The notes: generated from the sequence alone by a model not told the origin. Shown: positions 1 through 10,276, counted from the stretch's first letter. The stretch is DNA of 64,000 nt from an uncultured Actinomycetes bacterium (GCA_963835415.1 CAWIFZ010000002.1:21569-85568), one strand, 5' to 3'. Numbers and translations are program-made.

Positions 1-585
1 GGAACCTGCGACCCGGCGTGGTGAACCGGAAGATGACGATCAGGACGACCGTCAAGGCCACCCCCACCCAGAACGTCCGCGTCACCCCGAGGAACCGCGC
101 CGACGTCCATGCGGAGAGCTTCGCGGGGACCGGCGTCTGGATCGCTTCGCTCGTGTAGTAGCGGATCGCGATCCCGGTCACGATCTGACCGACCGCCAGC
201 GTGACGATGAGCGCGTTGAGCCCGAGTCCCCCGATGAGGATCCCGTTGATCAACCCCACCAGGGCTGCCAGGGCGAGCGCAACGCCGATCGCGGGCCAGA
301 GTCGATCGTCGGCACCCTGCGCGAGTCCCACGGTGACGACCGCCGCGAGCGTGAACGTGCCGGGAACGCTGAGGTCGATCCCCCCGGTCATGATCACCAG
401 CATCTGGCCGAGCGCCGTGATGGCCAGGAACGTGCCGAACGGCGCGATCGAGTTCAGGGCGGGGCCGCTGAGCGTCGCGGGCGCCCAGATCGAGGCCACG
501 ACGACGAGCAGCGCGATCGCGACGTACACCGGCAGGTAGCGAGACGCCACGACGAACGACGTCACCGCCGACGACGGGGTCCGGG
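1..585 (-). CDS. ABC transporter permease (sugar/ribose RbsC-like), 5' portion only; the gene runs off the window start
   Basis: Minus-strand translation gives the RbsC-type motif ...IAPFGTFLAITALGQMLVIMTGGIDLSVPGTFTLAAVV with multiple TM segments. A GTG start at 585 is preceded by GAGAGG. The annotated +strand ORF 201..539 is antisense to it. Confidence 0.5.
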
Positions 586-591
586 GCCGGC

Positions 592-1891
592 TCACCCATC
601 ACCTCTCGGCGCCACGCCGACCGCGAGACCGGAGGCGGCAACCATCCGTTCCCGAGCCGCCACCGCCAGATCCCGGGCCCGTGGCACGTCCGCTTGGAGC
701 ACGCCCGCGCGCATCAGTGCCCGTCCGGCGACGAACACCCAGTCGACGTTCGACGTATCCATGCCCCACACGACGGCTCCGATCGGGTCGTTGATCGGGA
801 ATACGTTGGGGCGGTCGGTCCGGAGCACGATCACATCGGCCTGCATGCCCGGTTCGATGGATCCGGTCAGCCGGCCCACGCCGGCCACGCGCGCGCCGTC
901 GACGGTGGCGTGGCGGATGACATCGCGCGTCCCCATCAGATGCGGGACGCCGGCCTTCCCTGCCAGCTTGAGGTCGAAGACCGTGGCGTGCTGCATCGAG
1001 ATGGTCGCCCGCATCTGGGCGAACATGTCACCCGGGGTGATCCGCTCCGTATCGATCCCCAGGCCCGGGCGGATATCGGCGTCGATCAGCTGCTGGATGG
1101 GTGGCGATCCCATCCCTCCGGCCATCTCGCTCGACGGCGCCAGCGACACCGACGCTCCCGACGACGCGATGGCATCGACATCGGCATCGTCGAGCCCGGA
1201 CGGATGCACGAGCGTGACGTCTTCGCCCAGGAGTCCCTGGCCCGCCGCGTCCGCGATCACGCGGTTCCCGGAGCTCTGCGGACCGGCGTGGGCATGGATC
1301 CGCAGGCCGAGCTGCCGGGCCGCCGCCCAGTCACCGGCGACCGAGCCGAGATCAGCGGGAAGGACGGAGCCGAAGGCGATACTCGTCAGCGGTCCGGCGA
1401 ACTCGGTGAGATGGGCGGCCTCGCGGTCCGGATGCAGCGTCGTGCGTGGCGTACACGGTGCGCACACCGGAATCCGTGTGCGCCTGGAGCGCGGCCGCCT
1501 CGGAACCGGCGTCCGATCGCTCGTGCGACCAATCGACGACCGTGGTGATGCCCGCTTCGACCGCCCCGAGCAGGCCGATCAAGGTGGCGGCGTACACGTC
1601 CTCCGGCTCGAAGTGATCGCTGATCGCCGCCGGCGCCGGCTCCCCCGCGACCGACGCGCCCTCCCCGAGGTTGCGGAACACCGACGTCCACGCATGTCGG
1701 TGGGTGTCCACGAAGCCGGGCATGACGATGGTGTCGCTCGCGTCCACCTGCACGGCGTCCCGCGCACGGAGTCCCCTGCCGACCTCGGCCACCACGCTCC
1801 CATCGATGAGGACGTCGGCGACGGTGAAGTTGGGGGTCTTCGCGCCCAGGGTGAGGACGCAGCCACCGCTGAGCAGGGTCTTCGACGTCAC
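592..1891 (-). CDS. Amidohydrolase-superfamily hydrolase (chlorohydrolase/aminohydrolase-like); reading frame broken once near 1400-1460
   Basis: N-terminal half in ORF 1352..2122 (GTG start at 1891 after GGAGGTG; motifs PGFVDTHRHAW and TVVDWSHE). C-terminal half in ORF 592..1467 (RIHAHAG...GIDTE...). The two overlapping frames are each half of one metal-dependent amidohydrolase. Confidence 0.65.
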
Positions 1892-2187
1892 GCGCCACCT
1901 CCGCGCTCTACCGATCTCACCGTCTCGTCGATGCGGTTGCCGGGGTCTCCACGCACCCCGATAACTCCCACTGTTGAACGAGCGCCCCTCACCGTTCAGG
2001 GACACTACATATCTTGTTGCGGCTTTGCCAGGGGCACTGACCTGGAACGCCGCACCCGCCGGCGCCGTGCGGAACGGGCTTCCCTTCGAGGGGCGGGAGC
2101 TGAGCGAACAGCGATGCTGCACACCGCGATCCGCCTCTAGTAGTCTCGCTGATCGATGGCTATCCTGCGGCCAACGAACACGTCGAG

Positions 2188-2805
2188 GTGCTGATGGCCG
2201 GCGAGCTTGAAGACATCGGGACCAGGCTCCGCGAGGAGCGTGATCGGGTCGGGATCAGTCAGCGCGAACTGGCCCGCCGGATCGGGCTCTCGGCCAGCAT
2301 GATCTCGCAGATCGAATCCGGCCAGTCCAAGCCGTCCGTGAGCACGCTCTACGCCATCGTGACCGAGCTCGGCGTCTCGGTCGACGACATCTTCCGCGGA
2401 CACGAGAACCACGAGGGATCCCTTGCCTCGCCGGATGCGGAGCCGACCGACGCCGCCGCTGAGCACGATCCGGTCGTCCATCCCGACGATCGTCACGTGA
2501 TCGATCTCGACTCAGGCGTCCGCTGGGAGCGCCTGACGACCCATCGTCACGAGGACGTCGATTTCCTCCACGTGGTCTACGACGTGGGAGGGTCGTCGGC
2601 CGGAGACAACGTCGTCATGCGACACCCGGGCCGCGAGTACGGCTACATCCTGTCCGGGCACCTCGGACTGCAGCTCGGCTTCGAACAGCACAAGCTCGGG
2701 CCGGGCGATTCGATCGGGTTCGACTCGACGACGCCGCATCGGCTGTGGAACCTCGGCGAGGAGCCGGTCCACGGGATCTGGTTCGTGGTCGGCCGCGAAG
2801 GCTAG
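2188..2805 (+). CDS. XRE-family HTH transcriptional regulator with C-terminal cupin domain
   Basis: N-terminus ISQRELARRIGLSASMISQIESGQSKPSVSTLYAIVTELG is a canonical XRE HTH. C-terminus HPGREYGYILSGHLGLQLG...GDSIGFDSTTPHRLWN is cupin-like. It is divergent from the amidohydrolase. Confidence 0.8.
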   Translation: MLMAGELEDIGTRLREERDRVGISQRELARRIGLSASMISQIESGQSKPSVSTLYAIVTELGVSVDDIFRGHENHEGSLASPDAEPTDAAAEHDPVVHPDDRHVIDLDSGVRWERLTTHRHEDVDFLHVVYDVGGSSAGDNVVMRHPGREYGYILSGHLGLQLGFEQHKLGPGDSIGFDSTTPHRLWNLGEEPVHGIWFVVGREG

Positions 2806-2876
2806 CGCCGAGCCGACGAACGCCCGGCTTCGTTCACGCTTGACCGCGAACGAACATCGCGACTAGCGTCCGCGGC

Positions 2877-3800
2877 GTGGACGAGCGGTTGGATCCTGCG
2901 CTCGCCGCGGTGATCGCGGCCATCCCCGAGTGGGAGGGCGAGGATCCCGACGTCACGCCGATCACGATCGGCATCACCAACCGCAACTTCAAGGTGGACA
3001 TCGGCGGCGCGTCGTTCGTGGTCCGGCTCTCGGGCAAAGATACGGATCTGTTGGGGATCGATCGCGCCGCGGAGAACGAGGCCGCTTCCGCCGCCGCGGC
3101 CGCCGGCGTCGCTCCCGAGGTCTTCGCGTTCCTCCCCGACCTCGGCGCGCTCATCACGCGGTTCGTGCAGGGCGCCCACATCCCGGAACAGGACCTGGAG
3201 CGCGAGGACGTGCTGCGCGCCGTCGTCCGATCGGTGCAGGCGATCCATTCCGGCCCGCCGATCCCGTCGTCGTTCCCCGTGTTCCGGATCGTTGAGGACT
3301 ATCGCGGGATCGCGGCCGAGCGCGGGGTCGCGGCGCCGCCTGCGTTCGAACAGGTCCATGCCAGAGCCGGCGACATCGAGGCCGCGTTCTCCAAGCATCC
3401 GCTCCCCGACCGTCCGTGCCACAACGACCTGTTGAACGCGAACTTCCTGCTGGACGGCGACCACGTGTGGATCGTCGACTACGAGTACGGCGGTATGGGC
3501 GATCTCTTCTTCGACCTGGGGAACCTCTCGATCAACAACGGCCTCTCCACGGGCGCGCAGGACCTGCTGCTGCGGCTCTATTTCGGCGACGTCACGGCCG
3601 CGCACCGCGCGCGCCTGCAGCTGATGCGGATCATGTCGGACTTCCGCGAAGCGATGTGGGGCGTGGTGCAACAGGCCATCTCCACGTTGGACTTCGACTA
3701 CGTGGAGTACGCCGATCGCCACTTCACCAGGTGTCTGGCGAACGCCTCGGACGAACGGTTCGACGACTGGCTGCGCGCGGCCGCGGCGGAGCCCGTCTAG
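2877..3800 (+). CDS. Choline/ethanolamine kinase-like phosphotransferase (APH fold)
   Basis: Motifs ITNRNFKV, CHNDLLNANFL, IVDYEYGGMGD and DLGN match the Brenner/catalytic-loop arrangement of the choline-kinase/APH family. Its stop abuts the ATG of the downstream oxidase. Confidence 0.7.
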   Translation: MDERLDPALAAVIAAIPEWEGEDPDVTPITIGITNRNFKVDIGGASFVVRLSGKDTDLLGIDRAAENEAASAAAAAGVAPEVFAFLPDLGALITRFVQGAHIPEQDLEREDVLRAVVRSVQAIHSGPPIPSSFPVFRIVEDYRGIAAERGVAAPPAFEQVHARAGDIEAAFSKHPLPDRPCHNDLLNANFLLDGDHVWIVDYEYGGMGDLFFDLGNLSINNGLSTGAQDLLLRLYFGDVTAAHRARLQLMRIMSDFREAMWGVVQQAISTLDFDYVEYADRHFTRCLANASDERFDDWLRAAAAEPV

Positions 3801-6239
3801 ATGGCCGACGCGTACCGCGCCGTCGTGATCGGCGGCGGGGTGGGCGGCGCGAGCATCGCCTACCACCTCACCGAGCTCGGTTGGCAGGACGTGCTCCTGG
3901 TCGACCGGAGCGAGCTGACGTCGGGCTCGACGTTCCACTCGGCCGGCCTGGTCGGGCAGCTGCGCTCGAGCGTCTCGCTCACGAGGATGATGATGTACGG
4001 CGCGGAGCTGTACCGGCGCCTGGGGGCGGAGACCGGCGTCGACCCCGGGTGGCACGAGGTCGGATCCCTGCGGCTGGCGTCCTCGGACGAGCGGATGCAA
4101 GAGCTCCGCCGGCAGGAGGGCTGGGCGCACACGTTCGGCCTGCCGCTCGAAGTCATCTCCACGGAGGCCGCGCGCGCGAGGTTCCCGCTGTTCGATCCGG
4201 CCGGCGTGCTGGGCGCGGCGTTCATCCCGACCGACGGGCACCTGGATCCGACGAACCTGACGCTCGCGCTGGCGGAGGGCGCCCGCCGTCGGGGTGCGGA
4301 GATCCGGACCAACACCAGGGTCACCGGCATCGATGTGCAGAACGGTCGCGTCCGCGGGATCCAGACGCAGGAGCACGGCTCGATCGCGGCGGACGTCGTG
4401 GTGAACGCCGGCGGGATCTACGCGAACCAGATCGGTCGCATGGCGGGCGTCGAGGTGCCGATCGTCCCGTTCGCGCATCAGTACCTGCTGACGAAACCCG
4501 TCGAGGGCGGCAGCGTGGACCTGCCGACGATGCGCGATCCGGACCGACTGGTCTACTTCCGCGGCGAGGCCGGTGGCGGTCTGGTGATGGGGGGATACGA
4601 ACGGAACCCGGCGCCGTGGGCGGTGGAGGACGGACCGCCCGCCGACTTCAACCATCAGCTCCTGCCCGACGATTGGGAGCGGTTCGAACAGCTCGCCGAG
4701 AACGCGTTCGGGCTGGTGCCGGTGCTGCAGACCGCCGAGGTCGTCACGATGATCAACGGCCCGGAGGCGTTCACGCCCGACGGCGAGTTCATCCTGGGCG
4801 AGTCCGACGTCCGCGGGTTCTTCGTGGCCGCCGGGTTCTGTGCGCACGGGATCGCGGGGGCCGGCGGGATCGGCAAGGTCATGGCGGATTGGATCGTGCA
4901 CGGCGAGCCGGAGTACGACCTGTGGAAGATGGACATCCGTCGCTTCGGCGCGCAGTACCGGTCGCGGCACTACGCCCGCGAGCGGGCGGTCGAGGTCTAC
5001 TCGACGTACTACGACATCCACTACCCCGGTGAGGAACGACAGGCGGGACGACCGCTCAAGACGGCGCCGACGTACGCTCGGCTCGCCGACCTCGGCGCGG
5101 AGTTCGGCGAGAAGTCGGGGTGGGAGCGTGCGAACTGGTTCGCGTCGAACGAGGACCCTTCGTTGGCGCGGCTCCGTCCTCGCGGATGGGCGGGCGAGCA
5201 CTGGTCGAGCGCCATCGCCGCCGAACACATCGCGACCCGCGAACGCGCCGGACTGTTCGACGAGTCGAGCTTCGCGAAGATCGAGGTGATCGGCCGAGGT
5301 GCGGCAGCGTTCCTCCAGCGGCTGTCGGCCAACGACGTCGACAGGCCGACCGGGTCGGTCACGTACACCCAGATGCTGAACACGCGCGGCGGCATCGAAT
5401 GCGATCTGACCGTGACCCGGCAGGCGGATGACCGGTTCATGTTGGTGACCGGGACCGCGTTCGGCAACCACGACATCGGGTGGATCCGCAAACAGCACGG
5501 CGACGGAGGGTTCGACGACGTGACGGTCCGCGACGTCACCGGATCGCTCGGCTGCTTCGGGCTGTGGGGTCCGCGCGCCCGCGACGTCTTGTCGAGCGTC
5601 ACGTCCGACGATCTGTCGAACGACGGCTTCCCGTACATGAGCGCGCGCGGGATCGTGGTGGGCGACGTGCCGTGCCTCGCGTTGCGGGTCACGTACGTCG
5701 GGGAGCTGGGCTGGGAGCTCTATCCGGGCGCGGAGTTCGCGGGCGCGTTGTGGGACACGCTGGTCGCGGCCGGCGAGCCGCACGGCATGCTCCCCGCCGG
5801 CTACCGCGCGATCGACTCGCTGCGTCTGGAGAAGGGGTATCGCGCTTGGGGATCGGACATCACGCCCGAGGAACACCCGTTCGAGGCGGGACTGGGGTTC
5901 GCGGTTCGTATGGACGTGCCGGGATTCATCGGCAACGAGGCGTTGGAGCGGGTGCTCGCCGCCGGGGTGGCGCGCCGGCTGTCGTGTCTGACGCTCACGG
6001 ACGCGCGAGCGATGACGCTCGGCAACGAGCCGGTCTTCCGCGGAGGCGACGTCGTCTCCCGAGTGACGAGCGGCGGCATCGGCTACGCGGTCGGTTCCTC
6101 CATCGCGTTCGCGTACCTGCCGGTCGACCTGGCGGTCCCTGGCACGGCGTTCGAGGTCGAGGTGTTCGGCGACCGGGTCCCCGCGGTGGTCGCCGACGAG
6201 CCGCTGTGGGATCCGAAGGGCGAACGGATCCGGTCCTGA
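3801..6239 (+). CDS. Dimethylglycine oxidase / sarcosine-dehydrogenase-family protein (FAD DAO domain + GcvT folate-binding domain)
   Basis: 812 aa. N-terminus VVIGGGVGGASIAYHL is a dinucleotide-binding fold. C-terminal aminomethyltransferase-like domain (...LRLEKGY...GGIGYAVGSSIAFAYLP...). Same architecture as the second copy at 53442..55908. Confidence 0.85.
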   Translation: MADAYRAVVIGGGVGGASIAYHLTELGWQDVLLVDRSELTSGSTFHSAGLVGQLRSSVSLTRMMMYGAELYRRLGAETGVDPGWHEVGSLRLASSDERMQELRRQEGWAHTFGLPLEVISTEAARARFPLFDPAGVLGAAFIPTDGHLDPTNLTLALAEGARRRGAEIRTNTRVTGIDVQNGRVRGIQTQEHGSIAADVVVNAGGIYANQIGRMAGVEVPIVPFAHQYLLTKPVEGGSVDLPTMRDPDRLVYFRGEAGGGLVMGGYERNPAPWAVEDGPPADFNHQLLPDDWERFEQLAENAFGLVPVLQTAEVVTMINGPEAFTPDGEFILGESDVRGFFVAAGFCAHGIAGAGGIGKVMADWIVHGEPEYDLWKMDIRRFGAQYRSRHYARERAVEVYSTYYDIHYPGEERQAGRPLKTAPTYARLADLGAEFGEKSGWERANWFASNEDPSLARLRPRGWAGEHWSSAIAAEHIATRERAGLFDESSFAKIEVIGRGAAAFLQRLSANDVDRPTGSVTYTQMLNTRGGIECDLTVTRQADDRFMLVTGTAFGNHDIGWIRKQHGDGGFDDVTVRDVTGSLGCFGLWGPRARDVLSSVTSDDLSNDGFPYMSARGIVVGDVPCLALRVTYVGELGWELYPGAEFAGALWDTLVAAGEPHGMLPAGYRAIDSLRLEKGYRAWGSDITPEEHPFEAGLGFAVRMDVPGFIGNEALERVLAAGVARRLSCLTLTDARAMTLGNEPVFRGGDVVSRVTSGGIGYAVGSSIAFAYLPVDLAVPGTAFEVEVFGDRVPAVVADEPLWDPKGERIRS

Positions 6240-6246
6240 CCGCCCG

Positions 6247-6615
6247 TTAGGACCGGCGGTCCTCCGCGGGAGACGGAACGTCCTGCCCTACGAACACGCA
6301 GCCGTTCCAGTACGCCTCGAGACGCCTGGTCTTGTTGCGAAGTCCCTTGACGTCGAAGTGGAGCTCGTCGGGTGCGTCGAGCTTGCCGAAGTCGTGGTGG
6401 ACCTCGATCCCCGCGCCCGACGTGACCGCGAACCCGTGTGGGCGTTTGGAGCTGCGGGTGAAACGACTTCGGCGGCTCGCCCCGGGCGGTTCACAGTGCG
6501 ATTCCAGCCAGACGTAGGACCCGATCAGGCCGCGACGCGGATCCAGCCAGACCCAGACCTTGCCGCCGCGTTCCTGGATGAACGCATCGGCCGCGGGTGT
6601 CGTCACGATCTTCAT
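6247..6615 (-). CDS. Small hypothetical protein (122 aa)
   Basis: Intact ORF with ATG at 6615 and an upstream GGAGGT. No family recognised with confidence. It sits between convergent genes. Confidence 0.4.
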   Translation of the reverse strand: MKIVTTPAADAFIQERGGKVWVWLDPRRGLIGSYVWLESHCEPPGASRRSRFTRSSKRPHGFAVTSGAGIEVHHDFGKLDAPDELHFDVKGLRNKTRRLEAYWNGCVFVGQDVPSPAEDRRS

Positions 6616-6685
6616 GGGGGAAGGCTACCTCCGGTTCCGGTGCCGGGGGCGGCCGCGAAGCGGCCGCCCCCGGAGACCGGTATGG

Positions 6686-8323
6686 CTAGGCGGACACCGC
6701 CGGCGCGATCCCGGCCAGGTCCTCGTCCTCGGGGATGACCGCCGGCTCGTACGGCTTGTTCCGCTGGACCGCGAAGTAGTAGATCAAGCCCAGGATGAAG
6801 ACCACGCCGAACACCAGCCAGATGATCGGGATGTCGTTCAAGAACTTGATCTTGAAGTCGACGAGTTGATCACCCTCGGTGTACCAGTCGGTCTGCGTCG
6901 CTTTCGGGTTGGCGAAGATCCGCAGGTAGTTCGCTCCCGACGCGTTCGGATCGAAGGCTCCGTTCGCCGACGAAGGGGTGAGGAAGTTCACGAGCATCAG
7001 GGCGCCCCAGAGGATCGCGACGAGGTTGACGACCTTGCCCCACGCTCCGAGCGTGAACGGCGCCTTCGTCTTCGGCCATCCACGCGTTCGCGCCCGCATC
7101 ACGGCGAGGTTCCCGAGCAGGTAGCTGAGGTAGATGGAGGCGGTCGCCCCGACGGCGATGACCGTCGGACCCGAGAACTGCAGGTACGGGATCGCCGCGA
7201 GCGCTCCGATGATGATGCACGCCCCGACCGGCGTGTGGAGCCGTGGGTTGACCTTCGCCATCGTCGCCGAGAACGGCAACTGATTGTCACGAGCCATGCC
7301 GAAGCCGAGCCTGATCGTCGAGGTCAGGATCGACATGCAGCAGACGAAGATCGCGGCCGAGACGACCAGCAGGTAGAGCGTCGAACCGGTCTTCGTCATG
7401 ACGCTCTCGATCACGGCCTGCGGTCCGAAGAATCCCGCCACGGCATCGCCCATACTGGGCACCGCGATCAGCACGCCCCACAGGAAGATCGCGCCGATGA
7501 TGAACGATCCGATCACGGACGCCAGCACGGCCTTGGGCGCCTCCTGACGCGGGTTGCGGGTTTCCTCAGCCAGCGTCGACGCGGTATCGAACCCGTAGAT
7601 CACGTAGAGGCTCATGAACATCCCGACGAGGAAGAACGCCATGCTGAACGGCGCGGGGAACTCGAAGATGTTCCCGGTCTTCTGGGAGTCGACGATCACG
7701 CCCAGCCCCTGGTTGTTGTGGGCGATGGCCAGGAAGATGGCGAACACGACCATGCCGAGGATCTCGAAGACGACCCCGGTGTTGTTCACGATCGCGACCA
7801 AGCGCACGCCGTAGATGTTCAGCACCGTGATCAGCACGAGCGTGACGACCGCCACCACCGCCTGGTCGGCACTTCCGAGGCTCGTGTTGAACTCCGAGCC
7901 GAAGATGTTGTTGATCATCGGGAGGAGGGCGATCGGCAAGGTCGCGCAGACCGACGCCACCGTGAGGATCCCGGCGATCAGGTAGAACCAGCCCGTGAAC
8001 CACGCGTAGCCCCGCCCGGACAGGTACTTCGTCCACTGGTAGACGGACCCGGCAACCGGGAAATGGCTCGAGAGCTCGGCGAAGTTGAGCGCCACGATGA
8101 ACTGGAACAGCGCCACGACGGGCCACGTCCAGAACAGGTACGCACCGAGTGCGGCCATGCCGACACCGAACAGCGCGAAGATGCCCGTGGACGGCGAGAT
8201 GTAGCTGAACGCCACCGCGAAGGAGCTGAACGTTCCGAGTTCGCGCTTCAGCTCCTGCTTGTATCCGAACCGTTCCAGATCGGCGGTGTCGATCGCCGCC
8301 TGATCGGTCTCATGGCTCGACAT
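6686..8323 (-). CDS. APC-superfamily amino acid/choline/ethanolamine permease
   Basis: About 12 predicted TM helices. Start ATG at 8323 follows AAGGGAGGGGA. The ORF tool's upstream extension to 8590 is an Arg-rich run-on. Typical APC permease motifs throughout. Confidence 0.8.
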   Translation of the reverse strand: MSSHETDQAAIDTADLERFGYKQELKRELGTFSSFAVAFSYISPSTGIFALFGVGMAALGAYLFWTWPVVALFQFIVALNFAELSSHFPVAGSVYQWTKYLSGRGYAWFTGWFYLIAGILTVASVCATLPIALLPMINNIFGSEFNTSLGSADQAVVAVVTLVLITVLNIYGVRLVAIVNNTGVVFEILGMVVFAIFLAIAHNNQGLGVIVDSQKTGNIFEFPAPFSMAFFLVGMFMSLYVIYGFDTASTLAEETRNPRQEAPKAVLASVIGSFIIGAIFLWGVLIAVPSMGDAVAGFFGPQAVIESVMTKTGSTLYLLVVSAAIFVCCMSILTSTIRLGFGMARDNQLPFSATMAKVNPRLHTPVGACIIIGALAAIPYLQFSGPTVIAVGATASIYLSYLLGNLAVMRARTRGWPKTKAPFTLGAWGKVVNLVAILWGALMLVNFLTPSSANGAFDPNASGANYLRIFANPKATQTDWYTEGDQLVDFKIKFLNDIPIIWLVFGVVFILGLIYYFAVQRNKPYEPAVIPEDEDLAGIAPAVSA

Positions 8324-8523
8324 GCATCCCCTCCCTTCACCGTCAGAAGGCGCGGGAACACCCGCCCGCGACCCCCCTCGCGGCTCGGTCAGATGACCGA
8401 ACGGGAGCGAGTGTGTCCCGTTCCGTTCAGGAATGCAATACGGCATCGGTCGGCCCTTCAGCAGGCGAGACGTGCGGCTGTCACACTCCGTGGCAGACCA
8501 TCTTCGACAGGAGGGAGATCGAC

Positions 8524-8988
8524 ATGCGGAAGACCTTCGTGATCGCGGCTGCCGCGATCGCCGCCGTGCTCGTGGCCGGATACGTGGCACAGGCCGGCAC
8601 CGCTCACCGCCGGGCGGCCACGGTGATCCACGTCGTCGAACGCGCCACCACCGACCTCGTGGTCGACACCGGCCCGACGGGTGATTCCAGCGGTGACCTG
8701 CTGACGTTCGCGAACGACCTCTACGACGAGACGAACGTCGACAAGGTCGGTCGCGACCAGGGCAGCTGCATCCGGATCAACACCACGGAGGGCTCGTGGG
8801 AGTGCACCTGGATCAACTTCCTGAAGGGCGGCGCGATCACCGTCGAGGGCCCCTTCTTCGACACGCACGACAGCGTCATGGCGATCACCGGCGGACGCGG
8901 CAAGTACAAGGACGCCCGCGGAAGCATGGAGCTGACGGTGCTGTCCGACGGTAGTGGCTACAACTTCATCTTCCACGTGCTCGCGTAG
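8524..8988 (+). CDS. Secreted dirigent/allene-oxide-cyclase-like beta-barrel protein
   Basis: ATG at 8524 after AGGAGGGA. N-terminal signal peptide MRKTFVIAAAAIAAVLVAGYVAQA. C-terminal motif AITGGRGKYKDARG resembles the dirigent/AOC GGTG-x-[FY]-xx-A-x-G signature. Confidence 0.55.
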   Translation: MRKTFVIAAAAIAAVLVAGYVAQAGTAHRRAATVIHVVERATTDLVVDTGPTGDSSGDLLTFANDLYDETNVDKVGRDQGSCIRINTTEGSWECTWINFLKGGAITVEGPFFDTHDSVMAITGGRGKYKDARGSMELTVLSDGSGYNFIFHVLA

Positions 8989-9035
8989 CGAGCTCAGGCC
9001 CAGGCACGTGCTCGCGTAGCGAGCTCAGGCCAGGT
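8974..9035. repeat. Tandem direct duplication (~31 bp x 2), each unit holding a short hairpin
   Basis: Unit cacgtgctcgcgtagcgagctcaggcc(cagg) occurs at 8974-9004 and 9005-9035. Each unit contains the inverted repeat CTCGCgtaGCGAG. It spans the stop codons of the two convergent genes. Confidence 0.8.
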
Positions 9036-10272
9036 GACGGTCGAGCGCCTCGAGGAAGCCGTCGAGGTCGGGCTCCACGTGGAACGTGGGCTCGATGCGC
9101 CCTTCGAGGGCGTCGATCGTCTTGTAGCCGTTGCCCGTCACGTACGCGACGGTCTCCTCGCCGTGTCCGATCACGCCGCGCTCCACCAATCGCTTCAGGA
9201 CGGCGATCGTCACTCCCCCCGCCGTTTCGGTGAACACGCCCTCGGTCTCGGCGAGGAGGCGGATGCCGTCGACGATCTCGTCCTCGGTACACGCCTCGAT
9301 CTCGCCGCCCGTGGCCCGGGACACCTGGAGCGCGTAGGGGCCGTCGGCGGGTGTCCCGATCGCCAGCGACCGCGCGATCGTATCGGGCTTCATGGGCTTG
9401 ACCTCGGTCTCGCCGGCGGCGAACGCGCGTGCGACCGGGGAACACCCCTGTGCCTGCGCCCCCGACACGCGGTACGGCTTCTCGTCGACGGCCCCGATCG
9501 CGATCAGCTCGCCGAATGCACGGTGGATCTTGGTCAGCAGCGCCCCCGACGCGATCGGCACGACGACGTGGTCGGGGAGGCGCCAGCCGAGCTGCTCGGC
9601 CGTCTCGAACCCGAGCGACTTCGAGCCTTCCGCGTAGTACGGCCGCATGTTCACGTTGACGAACGCCCACGGCAGCGCCTCCGCCACCTCCGAGCAGAGC
9701 CGGTTCACGTCGTCGTAGTTGCCGTTGACCAAGACCACCTTCGCCCCGTACGCCTCGGTCGACAGGATCTTCGCGCGTTCCAGGTCGTCGGGGACGAACA
9801 CGTAGCAGTCCATCCCGGCCTTCGCCGCATGCGCGGCGGTCGCGTTCGCCAGGTTGCCGGTGGATGCGCACGAGACCGCCTCGAAACCGAACGCGCGCGC
9901 CATGGTGATGGCGATCGAGACCACGCGATCCTTGAACGAGTTGGACGGGTTGACCGAGTCATCCTTGATCCAGAGCGTCTCCAGACCCAGGCGCTCGCCC
10001 AGGTTCGCCGCCCGACGGAGCGGGGTGAAGCCGGCGCCCAGGTCGATCCGGTCGATCCCGGGACCGCCGGGCAGGAGCGACTCGTACCGCCAGAGCGTCC
10101 GCGGGCCCGATTCCGCCTGCTTGCGGAACACCTCGCCGTCGATCGACTGCAGGTCGTACGTGGGCTCGAGTGGACCGAAACACTCCTCGCAGATCGTGAG
10201 CGGCTCGACCGCGTACTGCTGGCCGCACTCGCGACACTGCAAGGCCTGCGGGGAAGTGAACTTGAACGTCAT
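9025..10272 (-). CDS. thrC: Threonine synthase
   Basis: 415 aa. N-terminal zinc-ribbon (CRECGQQY...CEEC). PLP fold-type II motifs (FKDR lysine region, GNGYKT). Confidence 0.9.
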   Translation of the reverse strand: MTFKFTSPQALQCRECGQQYAVEPLTICEECFGPLEPTYDLQSIDGEVFRKQAESGPRTLWRYESLLPGGPGIDRIDLGAGFTPLRRAANLGERLGLETLWIKDDSVNPSNSFKDRVVSIAITMARAFGFEAVSCASTGNLANATAAHAAKAGMDCYVFVPDDLERAKILSTEAYGAKVVLVNGNYDDVNRLCSEVAEALPWAFVNVNMRPYYAEGSKSLGFETAEQLGWRLPDHVVVPIASGALLTKIHRAFGELIAIGAVDEKPYRVSGAQAQGCSPVARAFAAGETEVKPMKPDTIARSLAIGTPADGPYALQVSRATGGEIEACTEDEIVDGIRLLAETEGVFTETAGGVTIAVLKRLVERGVIGHGEETVAYVTGNGYKTIDALEGRIEPTFHVEPDLDGFLEALDRHLA

Positions 10273-10276
10273 CCAG

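Noticed and set aside
2802-5876. 1024-aa minus-strand ORF antisense to the kinase/DMGO genes
   Set aside because: Arg/Ala/Pro/Gly-dominated low-complexity translation with no recognisable domain. Fully antisense to two well-supported plus-strand genes. Typical stop-codon-poor artefact of ~70% GC DNA.
6560-8542. 660-aa plus-strand ORF overlapping the APC permease
   Set aside because: Antisense to a clear 12-TM permease. Translation is Arg/Asp/Glu/His-rich without motifs.
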